Below, piece by piece: positions 29,924 through 39,926 of a stretch of DNA of 64,000 bases. The stretch is from NCBI GenBank assembly GCA_965218795.1, contig OZ244653.1, positions 1,184,001 to 1,248,000 of the forward strand, read 5' to 3'. Below the pieces are notes generated by a model that saw only the letters and a program-made list of their open reading frames with translations, was not told the DNA's origin and did not search any database. Source of the stretch: a bacterium (GTDB taxonomy: Bacteria; UBA8248; JACPRG01; G963555815). The position numbers were made by a program, and so were the translations under genes. Position 1 is the stretch's first letter, and the number at the start of each line of letters is the position of its first letter.

Positions 29924-31279
29924 TCAATGGGTGTTCACAATCTCCGGGAAGAAACCCTCAGCGACTTCCAAAAAGGGATCCATCTCAGCCTGCCGGGTGA
30001 CCGTGGAGAGGCAGCCCCGGGCCAGCGAATGGATAAAGATCCCGCGATTCAAAGCGTACAGAAAAAGCAATCGCTCCAAGTCCCGGTCGCTGGTGTGTGC
30101 GGCGCGGGAATCCCTGAGCGGTTCGTCGGTGAAATGCAACTTGAAGAGGGAGGCCTCCCCGGTGACCTGCGCCTTGGCCCCGGCCGATTGAATGAGCTCC
30201 TTCAGATTCCGTCGCAGATATTCGCCGTCCGCCGCCATTTGATCGAATGCGGCCGGATCCAGCAGTTCCATGGAAGCCACCCCCGCGGCCATGGTGGCCG
30301 GATTCGCGTTGAAGGTGCCCGCGTGGGGAATCCGCGTCGGGCCGTCCCCGGAGGGGTCGAAAAGCGCCATGATGTCTTCACGCCCGCCCAAAGCACCGAC
30401 GGGAAGCCCGCCTCCGATGATCTTTCCGAAACTGGTCAAATCGGGTTCCACGCCGAAGCAGCCCTGCGCACCGGACCATCCGAGCCGGAACATCATGACC
30501 TCGTCGAACACGAGGACCATGCCCAGTTCGCGCGTCAGGTCCCGCAAACCCTGAAGGAACTCCGGTTTCGGGGTGATCATTCCGGCGCCTCCCATGATGG
30601 GCTCCACGATCATTCCCGCCAACTCATTCTTCAGGGACCGAAGGATCCGCTCGACGCCTTCGAGGTCATTGAAAGGGAGGACGACAACGTTCCCCACCAC
30701 TTCAGGCGGGATGCCCTCGGAATCAGGGACGGAATCGGGCGCCTCCCGATCGCCGGCCGCATCGGCCGCCGGGTGGACGCTGATACTGACGTCATCGAAG
30801 GAACCATGGTAACCGCCTTCGAATTTGGCGATTTTGGACCGGCCGGTGAACGCCCGCATGGCCCGAAGCGCGCCGATGTTCGCTTCCGTGCCGCTGTTGG
30901 TGAACCGAACCCGCTCCACGGACGGAACCCGCTCCACAAGGATCTCGGCCAGGCGGATCTCCCATTCGGTGCAAGAAGCGAAGGCGGTCCCCTGCGAGGC
31001 GGCTTCGTGAATCGCACGGACGATATCAGGATGCGCGTGGCCGTGGGCCAGGGACGTAGCGTTGTTGAACAGGTCGATGCGGACATTCCCGTCCACATCC
31101 CAGACCTTGGGGCCTTCGCCGCGTTTCATATAGAGAGGGAACGGCGGGTAATAGGCGAGGGTCCGCGAGTTGCCTCCGGGCAGGGATTCCCTTGCGCGGA
31201 AATAAAGCGCCTTCGAACCCGGATTCTGTTTTTCAAAGGTTTCTACTTCCCGCCGCCAGATTTCCCTCACGTTCGCCAT
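29924..31279 (-). CDS. Class III aminotransferase (GSA aminomutase-like, second copy)
   Basis: LPGGNSR, FTNSGTEAN, GGYHGS, FDEV, FGKIIGGG and HAGTFNANP; start moved to ATG 31279, which overlaps the upstream stop. Confidence 0.92.
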   Translation of the reverse strand: MANVREIWRREVETFEKQNPGSKALYFRARESLPGGNSRTLAYYPPFPLYMKRGEGPKVWDVDGNVRIDLFNNATSLAHGHAHPDIVRAIHEAASQGTAFASCTEWEIRLAEILVERVPSVERVRFTNSGTEANIGALRAMRAFTGRSKIAKFEGGYHGSFDDVSISVHPAADAAGDREAPDSVPDSEGIPPEVVGNVVVLPFNDLEGVERILRSLKNELAGMIVEPIMGGAGMITPKPEFLQGLRDLTRELGMVLVFDEVMMFRLGWSGAQGCFGVEPDLTSFGKIIGGGLPVGALGGREDIMALFDPSGDGPTRIPHAGTFNANPATMAAGVASMELLDPAAFDQMAADGEYLRRNLKELIQSAGAKAQVTGEASLFKLHFTDEPLRDSRAAHTSDRDLERLLFLYALNRGIFIHSLARGCLSTVTRQAEMDPFLEVAEGFFPEIVNTH

Positions 31280-32583
31280 CAGGCCCGCCCCCCGGAAGAA
31301 ACCTTCACGTCTCCGAACGGCCCGGCCGCGGCTCCGGTCGATTCCCAGGCAAATTCCCGATTCACCTCGGATTCGGCGATGACCCTTCCCTTCCGGATGA
31401 CATATCGTCGCGGCGGCTGCAGGCGGAAGGCATCGCGGACGGACTCCACAGGAGTGACAACAAGGTCCCCGCGGCAACCCTCCGCCATCCCGTAGTCGGA
31501 GAGCTTGAGAAGCTTCGCGGCCTCTCCCGTCGCCATGTCGAACAGGACCTCCAATTCCTCCTTGCTGCCCAGTTGCGCGGCATAGGCGGCCAGAAAGCCG
31601 TTCTTCAGGGGGTCGCCGTCGCCGAAGTTCTCATTGAAGGGGTCCAGGATGTTGTCTTGGGCGAAAGCGATGTTGACTCCTGCGGCCAGGAATTCCTTGA
31701 CCCTCGTCACCCCCCGCCCCCGAGGCTCGGGATACGAGCGCGCCCCCAGCATCATGGTGGTCGGCGGACAGGTCGTGATGCTCATGTCGACCCGCCTGAC
31801 GGCCTCGATGACGTGCGCTGCCTGGTAGGGATCGTAGTAAGGGAGGGCCGTCACGTGCCCGGCCGCAACCCTCCCGTGGAGACCTTCTTCAAAGGCCCGG
31901 TGCGCATAGTAGTGGAGGTAGCGCACATCGGGCGAATACCGGATGTCGATATGCATATCGATTTCGACGTCGAACCGCTTCGCCAAATCCAAAATGAATT
32001 CAATGTGCCTTCGTCCGGCTTCTTCGTGGAACTCCTCTTCCGGAAAGCCTCCGATCAGGTCCGCCCCCATCCGCAGGGCTTCTTCCAGGAGCTCGCCCGT
32101 CCCCGGATCCGATTCGATTCCGTGCTGGGGCATGGCGACGACTTGCAGGTCCACGAAGTCGGCCATCCGTTCCTTCAACGCGAGTACTCCTTCCAGACCG
32201 GTCAGACCCGCGGCGGTGTCCACGTCCACATGAGTCCGCAGGGCCGTCACTCCGGCCGCCATGGCCCAGCCAAGGGCCGTCCCCCCGCGCTCGACGACGT
32301 CTTCCACGGTAAACCGCCGTTTTTCCTCCCGGAGGTTATGCCGGGCCTCCTCGGAGGACATGCTGACGTTCGGCGGCATCCGATCGCTGATCAGGGCCTT
32401 GTCCAAATGTGTGTGAGGCTCGACCAACGCGGGGTGGGTCAGGAAACCTTCTGCGTCCAACACATCCCGCCCGTCGGTTGGCGGATCCTTGGAAATCGAA
32501 TCAATTCGGCCCTCGCAGAGACCGACGTCCACCAAACCATCCCGGCCCCGAAGACGCGCGTTCTTGAGAATGAGGTCAGTCAT
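31279..32583 (-). CDS. Cytosine/creatinine deaminase-like amidohydrolase
   Basis: EPHTHLDKA, RTHVD, DMHID, AGHVTAL and AQDNILDPF (CodA-like; HID followed by I rather than catalytic E). Confidence 0.88.
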   Translation of the reverse strand: MTDLILKNARLRGRDGLVDVGLCEGRIDSISKDPPTDGRDVLDAEGFLTHPALVEPHTHLDKALISDRMPPNVSMSSEEARHNLREEKRRFTVEDVVERGGTALGWAMAAGVTALRTHVDVDTAAGLTGLEGVLALKERMADFVDLQVVAMPQHGIESDPGTGELLEEALRMGADLIGGFPEEEFHEEAGRRHIEFILDLAKRFDVEIDMHIDIRYSPDVRYLHYYAHRAFEEGLHGRVAAGHVTALPYYDPYQAAHVIEAVRRVDMSITTCPPTTMMLGARSYPEPRGRGVTRVKEFLAAGVNIAFAQDNILDPFNENFGDGDPLKNGFLAAYAAQLGSKEELEVLFDMATGEAAKLLKLSDYGMAEGCRGDLVVTPVESVRDAFRLQPPRRYVIRKGRVIAESEVNREFAWESTGAAAGPFGDVKVSSGGRA

Positions 32584-33056
32584 CAGGCGACCACGCATAA
32601 AGAAAGGTTCAATTGGCTCAGGAACCTGCAATGTTGCCGGAATGGTTCCCATACTAGATGATTTTCAAGGGAGACGGTAAATCTCGTCGTACTCGCGAGA
32701 CCCTGGCGACCGGATCGAGCGCGGCGATATCGATGGGCGCGCGGAAGAAATTTTTGCGGAAAAGTGAAGAAGTGGGGCGCCGTCCCGCAGGCGGTCAATG
32801 CCAGCCCTCGCATTCGACATCCAGCTGGTAGCGCATGAAAACCAGGTCGTTCCATGAGGAGGTATACATCGGCGGGATAAGGCTCGCCCGACTCTTCGAG
32901 CGCTTCTTCCAGAACCCGGCAGGCAGCGTCCACATTTCCCTTTACTTCATGCCACATGGATCTTCCCGACCCTGAAAATGATCAGAGATCCTCATCGCGG
33001 AGCCTTTCGGCGTACTGATCCGAATGGGTGATGACCCGAATCGCAAATTCACGGCT

Positions 33057-33250
33057 TGTACGACCAGGCTTCATTCCTCACAGGCTGGATAAACTTCCTG
33101 GCCGTGACGATGGGTCGCCTCCCCATGTTGCGACAGCCCTGGTGAGGGCGCTCGGTGTTGTAGAACTCGACGAGGCGTCTTGACGAAGCGTCTTGACGAG
33201 GCGTCTTGACGAGGCGTCTTCAGGTGCGCGTTCAAGTCCTTCTCTCGCAG
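33057..33250 (-). mobile_element. IS481-like transposase 3' remnant
   Basis: Minus-strand KDLNAHLK...FYNTERPHQGCRNMGRRPI, the integrase-core C-terminus, ending near ...TCGTACA (TGT..ACA-type end). Confidence 0.65.
33169..33220. repeat. 4 x 13-bp tandem repeat GACGAGGCGTCTT
   Basis: Units start at 33169, 33182 (one mismatch), 33195 and 33208. Confidence 0.95.
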
Positions 33251-33298
33251 TCCGCCCTCTGTTGCCTGGATTCCTGTTGCAGCCTGCTAGCCTGGCCC

Positions 33299-33325
33299 CT
33301 GGATTCCTGCTTGCGCAGGAATGAC
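33299..33325. repeat. REP-like palindrome
   Basis: CTGGATTCCTGCTTGCGCAGGAATGAC, of the widespread GTCATTCC-n-GGAATCCAG type. Confidence 0.7.
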
Positions 33326-34039
33326 GGGTTGGAGGTCACGTGGCCCATGTTCGTCGAGAGCCTGCCCCTGCATGTATTCGGCAGGGGGCGGGAATGACCG
33401 ACCCAACCCGCGCCGGTCCCGGTTACTTTCGTTCAACTTACGTATAACATGGGGCCTCTTCCACGGCCTGTCAAGGGGATTTTTCGTTTTCATGTTGTTC
33501 TTCAGGGCCTTCGGGCCGCTGAAATTCTTTTCGAGGGTGTACCAGACCCCCGGTTGGAACCCGCCCCGCAACGCCGCTCCATCGCCGTCGCCTGCTGCGG
33601 CGCGAGGGGCGGCTTCTCCCGGCCGGCCGGCTCCTCCAGCCTCACAAGCCGCTTATGCCGGGAGGCCGTCCCGTTCCTGATCAGGATGTTCTGAATGGCG
33701 GGGCTTCACGTGCTCCCTGGTCAGGATATCGTCTGTTCGGGAAGATGCCTAGTTGTACAAATACATATCATGCGTCCCCTCAACTCTTTCCATACCGACG
33801 GAACTTTCCTCTGCGGGTTTGGACCTGAAGTTCAGACCGCAGTATACCAGCAGTTCCTTCTGCCTCCGCTGGATTCAAGTACCCGCCCGAATCTCGTTGA
33901 CCCGCCGAATGCTTGCCGAATTTTTTTAAAAATGCTAACGTCTAAACTGTTTTGAAATCGACCTTCTACGAAAGCGAGAGCAACAGACTCTTTCTCACTC
34001 CGAATCGACCCCTCAGCAATTGATTCGGCCGGAGGGCAT

Positions 34040-35005
34040 GTGCCTGTGGCAACGTTCGGTGTCTTTCTCCCTGCATTCGGCTACCCGGCCATCACGCTCG
34101 AATTCCTGAAGGAAGCCGCACAGGAAGCGGAAGACCTCGGGTATACGGGCGTTTACGTCGCCGATCACCCAATCTATACGGAAGGGCTGGCGTCCTTCGG
34201 TCAGAAGGGGATCTACGACCCCATCGTCACGCTTTCGCAGATTGCCGCCGTCACCAGCACCATCAAGGTCGGCGCGGGCGTGCTGCTGGTCCCGCTCCGG
34301 CATCCGCTGATGCTGGCCAAGTCCCTCGCGACGCTGGATGTCGCATCCAACGGCCGCCTGGACAACGGCGTCGGGGTCGGCGCTTACGAGCCCGACTATC
34401 ATTCCACCGCCACGCCGTTCAGGAAACGGGGTCGGATGTACGACGAGGCCCTGGAGGTCATCACCCGCCTGTGGACGGAAGATTCGGTAACCCACGCCGG
34501 AGAGTTTTACCAATTGGATGGCGTCTCCCTCCAGCCCAAGCCGGTTCAGAAGCCTTTTCCCGGCTTTTGGTTTGGCGGCGATGTCCGGCGAACCTGGGAG
34601 CGCGCGGCGCGGATCGGATCCGGCTGGGGCCCCTGGGCGCCGACCATCGAACACATGCAGAATGGAATGACGGCGATTCGAGAGGTTGCTCAGGCGGAGG
34701 GCCGCGATCTAACCGGCTTCCGCTTCATCTGCGAGGCCTGGACCGCGGTCGATGACGATGTAAAACGCGCCGAAAGCGCTGTGGAGCCCGCGTTGTCCTA
34801 TTTCGTGAAGCACCATCAAATGGACATCGGGATGGACTTCATGCATTCCAACTCGTTCATCGGTCCGCCTGAGAAGATTGCGGCCCGCTTGCAGGAGTGG
34901 ATCGACATCGGCGTGAAAGAGTTCCACCTCGCTTTCTGCCCGTGGGAGAAGTGCCGGGAATCGATGAGAGTCGTGGCGGAAAAGGTCATACCGCAATTCC
35001 GATAG
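34040..35005 (+). CDS. LLM-class flavin/F420-dependent oxidoreductase
   Basis: AEDLGY, VADH, DPIVTL, LRHPLMLAKSLATLD.ASNGRL and PKPVQKP motifs. Confidence 0.93.
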   Translation: MPVATFGVFLPAFGYPAITLEFLKEAAQEAEDLGYTGVYVADHPIYTEGLASFGQKGIYDPIVTLSQIAAVTSTIKVGAGVLLVPLRHPLMLAKSLATLDVASNGRLDNGVGVGAYEPDYHSTATPFRKRGRMYDEALEVITRLWTEDSVTHAGEFYQLDGVSLQPKPVQKPFPGFWFGGDVRRTWERAARIGSGWGPWAPTIEHMQNGMTAIREVAQAEGRDLTGFRFICEAWTAVDDDVKRAESAVEPALSYFVKHHQMDIGMDFMHSNSFIGPPEKIAARLQEWIDIGVKEFHLAFCPWEKCRESMRVVAEKVIPQFR

Positions 35006-35048
35006 AAATTCGTATCGGAGACGGCCACCTGTAGACCATCAGCAGAAT

Positions 35049-36023
35049 ATGGAGGGAAATCCCGTGAGAAAATGTTTGAGGTTCGTTGTCGCCGCACTGG
35101 TATTTTCGATCTTTCTCGGAGCCAACGCGCAATGGGCCGCCTCGGCGGAGAAGGTCACGATGGTCGTAGGACCTTATGTGGGCTACGTCCAAATCTGGAA
35201 CATGAAGCCCTATGCCAAGAAGTACGGGATCGATCTCGAACTCAGAAAGATGTTTACCTTCACGCAGATGCAGCAAGCCGTCGAGCTCGGCCAAGCCCAA
35301 GCGGGCACCGTCGGCTACCAGAACCTGGTCTTGATGGCCGACGCGGGCGGGCCGGCGAAAGCCCAGGCCGTCGCCGGCGTTTACCGCCGCGGCCAGGACA
35401 TCGTCTTCCACAAGGACGTCAAGATCTCCAAGTGGAAGGATATCGAGGGGAAGACCATCGCGAGCGTGCCGGGATCCTTCTCGTACTTTCTGTTCCGTTT
35501 TGCCGCCCGGAGCAACGGCGTCGACCTGAAGAAGGTCAAGCTCAAAGGATTGACACCGTCGCCGACGATGCATCTGGCCCTCGAGCGTCGCGACGTAGAC
35601 GCGCTGGTGATTTGGGTGCCGGCCCTCGCCTTCCCCATCGCGAACGGATTCGGATACAGCCCCCCGATCACGATCAACGACACCGCCATCGGAAACATCA
35701 ACGCCCTGCTGGCCATGCGAACGGACTTCATCCAGAAGGGGAAGGTCGCCGTCGATATGATGAAGGCCTATGTGGCGGCCGCCGATCTCTTCGCGAAAGA
35801 CAAGGCGGCCTGGATGAAGGGCGCAAAATCCCTCACCGGAATGAAGCCGAATGTTCTCGAAGAATCTCTCAAGTTCCTGATTTTTGACACCAAGATGTAC
35901 CCCGAGAACCTGAAGATTCTGGCTGAGAACGCCTACAAGCTCAAAATGGTCAAGAAGGACACCAGCGGAACCGTCATGCAGTGGATGAACCCCTGCGTCC
36001 AGAAAGCGGCCCGCGGAATGTAG
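35049..36023 (+). CDS. NitT/TauT-type ABC transporter substrate-binding protein
   Basis: Signal peptide, WKDIEGKTIA, DALVIWVP; precedes permease and ATPase. Confidence 0.88.
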   Translation: MEGNPVRKCLRFVVAALVFSIFLGANAQWAASAEKVTMVVGPYVGYVQIWNMKPYAKKYGIDLELRKMFTFTQMQQAVELGQAQAGTVGYQNLVLMADAGGPAKAQAVAGVYRRGQDIVFHKDVKISKWKDIEGKTIASVPGSFSYFLFRFAARSNGVDLKKVKLKGLTPSPTMHLALERRDVDALVIWVPALAFPIANGFGYSPPITINDTAIGNINALLAMRTDFIQKGKVAVDMMKAYVAAADLFAKDKAAWMKGAKSLTGMKPNVLEESLKFLIFDTKMYPENLKILAENAYKLKMVKKDTSGTVMQWMNPCVQKAARGM

Positions 36024-36195
36024 GCAACCCATCCACGGGGCGTCCCATTCGGCGAAGACAGCAAGCGGCGGGCAAGTGTCTCCTGACACTTGTGTAAGGC
36101 GGGCAAGGAACCCGGCTCCCTCCACAGGGGATGGTCACGTCTCCGCCGCTTGACTCGCGGCCGGATCGGTGACTCCCCGCACCGGACAATCGCGC

Positions 36196-36978
36196 ATGGG
36201 CAATCAGACCTACCAGAAGCTGATCGTTCCCACCCTTTTCATCATCCTGTGGAGTATGGTCACTTGGTTAGAACTCGTGGAACCAAGGTACACGCCCTCT
36301 CCCAGGCAGGTGGTTCTCGGATGGTGGGAATGGATCGTCGGGTCCACCACGGATGCCGATGTCTGGTACTCGGGAACCTGGCTCAGCCACCTCGCGGACA
36401 GCTTCTACCGGGTGATGATCGGTTTCGCGCTTGCCGCGGCGGCCGGCGTAATCATGGGGATACTCATCGGGTGGTTCAGGCTGGTATCCAACCTGTTTGA
36501 CCCGTTCATCCAGTTGCTGCGGCCGATCCCGATCACGGCGTGGGTGCCCTTTTCCATTGTATTCTTCGGAATCCGGGACCCATCGGCGATTTTCCTCATC
36601 GGTTTCGGGACGTTTTTCCCCATCGTTGTGAATTCCACGGCCGGGGCCCAGCGCGTCCCCAAGGTCCTGATCCGGGCCGCATTGATGTTGGGAACCAAAC
36701 CCCGCAAGCTTCTCCATCGCGTGGTCATTCCTTCCGCCCTCCCGTCGATATTTACCGGATTGCGACTCGGCATCGGACTCGCCTGGGTCCTGGTGATCGT
36801 TGCTGAGATGCTCGCTGTGGATGCCGGCCTTGGCCGCGCTCTTTGGACGGCTTACGAGTTCATCCGGATGGACCTGATTGTTGCCGCCATGGTGAGTATC
36901 GGGCTCATGGGGTACCTCTCCGATTTGGTCATCGTCTTCATCCGGGACCGCGCGCTTCGCTGGGCAGAAGGAACCTGA
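36196..36978 (+). CDS. NitT/TauT-type ABC transporter permease
   Basis: LRPIP..AWVP, AALMLG, PSALPSIFTGLR and VAEML motifs. Confidence 0.93.
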   Translation: MGNQTYQKLIVPTLFIILWSMVTWLELVEPRYTPSPRQVVLGWWEWIVGSTTDADVWYSGTWLSHLADSFYRVMIGFALAAAAGVIMGILIGWFRLVSNLFDPFIQLLRPIPITAWVPFSIVFFGIRDPSAIFLIGFGTFFPIVVNSTAGAQRVPKVLIRAALMLGTKPRKLLHRVVIPSALPSIFTGLRLGIGLAWVLVIVAEMLAVDAGLGRALWTAYEFIRMDLIVAAMVSIGLMGYLSDLVIVFIRDRALRWAEGT

Positions 36979-36983
36979 ACTCG

Positions 36984-37778
36984 ATGGCTGGCGGTTTAAT
37001 CCGGTGCGAGGCTGTTCAAAAGAGTTTCTTCGATATCTCAGAAGGCCGGGAGATCGTCGCCATCCAGGAATTGGACCTCCAAGTGGAAAACGGCGAATTT
37101 CTCACAATCCTCGGTCCCAGCGGCTGCGGCAAGACCACCCTGCTCAATATCATCGCCGGCTTCGAGAACACGACCGCGGGCCAAGTGACCCTCCACGGAA
37201 ACCCCATTACGAAACCGGGCGCGGACCGGGGCGTCGTGTTCCAGGAGTACGCACTCTTCCCCTGGCTGACGGTCCTGGATAACGTGTGTTACGGCCTCAG
37301 GGAGAAGGGCATCCCCAGGGTGGAGCAGATCAAGACCGCTGAAGCCTATCTGAACGCCGTTGGTCTTGATGACTTTGGAAGCCGTTACCCCCATGAACTG
37401 TCGGGGGGGATGAGACAGCGGGTCTCTTTGATCCGCGTGCTCGCCAACGATCCCGAAATCCTCCTCATGGACGAGCCTTTTGCCGCGCTGGACGCCCAGA
37501 CCCGGAAGGACCTCCAGGAGGAGCTCGTCAACCTCTGGCAACAGGCGAACAAGACCGTCATCTTCGTCACGCACAATGTGGAGGAAGCGGTTTTCCTGGG
37601 AGACCGGGTCGTCGTGATGACCGCCAGGCCGGGACGGATCAAGAAAATCCTTGAGATTACGTTGAAACGGCCCCGGGATGTCATGGCTCCGGACTTCAAT
37701 GAAATCCGCCGGGAAGCCACAAAACTGGTGGAAGAAGAACTGAAAGGCCGCAGGCAGTCGATTCTCAGCGGCAATTGA
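36984..37778 (+). CDS. NitT/TauT-type ABC transporter ATP-binding protein
   Basis: GPSGCGKT, LSGGM, LLMDEPF and VTH motifs. Confidence 0.95.
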   Translation: MAGGLIRCEAVQKSFFDISEGREIVAIQELDLQVENGEFLTILGPSGCGKTTLLNIIAGFENTTAGQVTLHGNPITKPGADRGVVFQEYALFPWLTVLDNVCYGLREKGIPRVEQIKTAEAYLNAVGLDDFGSRYPHELSGGMRQRVSLIRVLANDPEILLMDEPFAALDAQTRKDLQEELVNLWQQANKTVIFVTHNVEEAVFLGDRVVVMTARPGRIKKILEITLKRPRDVMAPDFNEIRREATKLVEEELKGRRQSILSGN

Positions 37779-37889
37779 TTTGCCATCGCCCTGGGAAACG
37801 CCGGACGTCCGATATCAATGCCGATTGCCGAGGATATTCATGACCGCCCGGCATGTCCCCATGACCGCCGCTGAATCTCCGATTCAAGA

Positions 37890-38918
37890 ATGAAAGAAAG
37901 CGATCTCTGGCCGGTATTGAGGGATTACTGGCATCCGGTCGCCTTCTCGGAGGAAGTGTCCGATCGTCCGGTACCGATCGAACTCCTGGACGAGCGAATC
38001 GCCGTTTGCCGCCTCAAGGGTCGGGTCCGGGCCTTCCATGACCTCTGTATACACCGCGGCACCCCAATCTCCCTCGGGTGGGTCGAAGGGGAGCGTATCG
38101 TATGCGCCTACCACGGATGGGCGTACCGGGGGGACGGGAAATGCGTCCGAATTCCATCCCTTCCGTCCGAACACCCGATCCCCAAGAAGGCCTGCCTGAC
38201 CGCCTACCCCGCGGAAGAACGGTTCGGCCTCATTTGGGTGTGCCTGTCCGGGGCGCCCCGCGCAGCGATCCCCGAGTGCCCCGAATTTGACGACCCGTCC
38301 TTCCAGCCATTCCTGATGCAAAGGAAACGCTGGAAAGGCAGCGCCGCGCGCGTCATGGAAAACTTTCTGGATCAGTCCCATTTCGCCTGGGTCCATGAGG
38401 GCATCCTCGGGGATCGCTCCCATCCCATCGCGCCCGAGATGGAACTGGAGCGGAACGCAGAGACCTTCGCCTGCTCGTTCGAGAACATCCCGACGCCTAT
38501 TGCGCCCTTTCCGCATCGCCAGACTTACCACGTCCATCTGCCCTTCTGCTGTCATATGCTGAAGGCGGAGCATGGGACCCGGGCCAAGGTGCTGTACGTG
38601 GTCGGTCTTCCCCATGCGAGCCGCGTGAGCACCCGCTTCCTGATCGGCCTCAGGAACTACGACCTCGAACAGCCCGATATCGCGAACGGACCCGTGCACG
38701 TCCTCGAAGACGACGTCCGGGGCGATGCCGGCGATCCGGTCGTGCAGGAGGTCGTCCGGAGCCATGAAGTCGTCTACGAACAGGACGTTGTCATCGTCGA
38801 GCAGCAGCGACCGGAAGAGCTGCCTCTCGACCTGACGGAGGAGCTTCACGTCAAGACCCCCGACGCCGCAGCCATCGAGTATCGAAGAATGCTCAAGGAG
38901 ATCGGTCTGGAGGGCTGA
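37890..38918 (+). CDS. Rieske non-heme iron oxygenase alpha subunit (paralog of 17663-18661)
   Basis: CIHRG...CAYHG, ENFLDQSHFAWVH and QRPEELPLDLTEELHVKTPD. Confidence 0.93.
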   Translation: MKESDLWPVLRDYWHPVAFSEEVSDRPVPIELLDERIAVCRLKGRVRAFHDLCIHRGTPISLGWVEGERIVCAYHGWAYRGDGKCVRIPSLPSEHPIPKKACLTAYPAEERFGLIWVCLSGAPRAAIPECPEFDDPSFQPFLMQRKRWKGSAARVMENFLDQSHFAWVHEGILGDRSHPIAPEMELERNAETFACSFENIPTPIAPFPHRQTYHVHLPFCCHMLKAEHGTRAKVLYVVGLPHASRVSTRFLIGLRNYDLEQPDIANGPVHVLEDDVRGDAGDPVVQEVVRSHEVVYEQDVVIVEQQRPEELPLDLTEELHVKTPDAAAIEYRRMLKEIGLEG

Positions 38919-38963
38919 ATGGACGGGTGTTTCGAGGAACCGCCTGAACGGCGGGGCCTGCTC

Positions 38964-39836
38964 TCATTCGAACTTGAATCGCCAGGTATCGCCGTCCCGG
39001 ACGATCCGGCCCGCCGTGGGGGAAGGGAAGTGGGCCGGAAAAACGAGGGTGTCGGTGTCGCAGTACCGGTTCAGGAAGGCCCGGCGGGTGGCCCTGGCGA
39101 GGTCGGAGTCGGCGCAGAAGCAACTGCTCCAATCCGGCTCGGCGCATTGGATGGCGTGGTGCATCAGGTCCCCGCTCATTACGATTTCCGATCCCCCCGA
39201 AGACAGGTGGGCGCAGACGTGACCGGGCGTGTGCCCGGGGCTCGGCTCGAGCCGCATGACCTCATCGAGCTCGAAGCCGTCATCCACGAAATCGGCCTGC
39301 CCGGCCGCGATGACGGGTGAGATGCTGTCCTGGTAATGCAGATGCTCGTCGTCCTCGGGGTCCCGGAATCGCCCTTCCCAGTATTCCCACTCCCGCCTGC
39401 CGAACAGGTACCGCGCGTTGGGGAACGTGGGTACCCAACGGCCGTCCCTGAGCCGCGTGTTCCATCCCACGTGGTCGACGTGCAAGTGGGTGCAAAAAAC
39501 GAAGTCCACATCTTCGGGAGTCACTCCGGCCGCGGCGAGGTTTTCAAGATAGGGCCACTGCTTCATGTGATAGCGGGCTCGTTGGGGCCTGCTCTTGTCG
39601 TTGCCCCCGCACGTGTCGACGAGGATCGTGTGGCGGGGCGTCCGAATCACGAGCGAATGAAACGAGAGGATGAGCAGTCCGGTCTTCGGGTCCAGCAGGG
39701 ACGGCTCCAGCCAATGGCGATGGCCATCGATGGCTTCTGGCGTGCAGTCGGGAAAAAGCTCAAAGGGGTCCAACGATGGGCCCTCGAATTCGAGGACCCG
39801 GTCAATGGCAATATCTCCAAGAGGCCACTTGTTCAT
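38964..39836 (-). CDS. MBL-fold metallo-hydrolase
   Basis: THLHVDHVGWNT, PTFPNARY, PGHTPGH, SGDLMH and PAHFP; start moved to ATG 39836. Confidence 0.92.
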   Translation of the reverse strand: MNKWPLGDIAIDRVLEFEGPSLDPFELFPDCTPEAIDGHRHWLEPSLLDPKTGLLILSFHSLVIRTPRHTILVDTCGGNDKSRPQRARYHMKQWPYLENLAAAGVTPEDVDFVFCTHLHVDHVGWNTRLRDGRWVPTFPNARYLFGRREWEYWEGRFRDPEDDEHLHYQDSISPVIAAGQADFVDDGFELDEVMRLEPSPGHTPGHVCAHLSSGGSEIVMSGDLMHHAIQCAEPDWSSCFCADSDLARATRRAFLNRYCDTDTLVFPAHFPSPTAGRIVRDGDTWRFKFE

Positions 39837-39926
39837 TGACCAAACTCTCCGTCGGCGCGATACCCCGATGTTCGGCTCATCCGATCCGGATTCCGGGGCG
39901 TCGAACCCGAACCGGGAGGAGCACCC

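Noticed and set aside
25454-31279. Calling the two aminotransferases hemL
   Set aside because: Catabolic context, two diverged copies and no tetrapyrrole genes nearby; GSA-like family only.
33169-33220. CRISPR mini-array
   Set aside because: 13-bp units are directly adjacent with no spacers.
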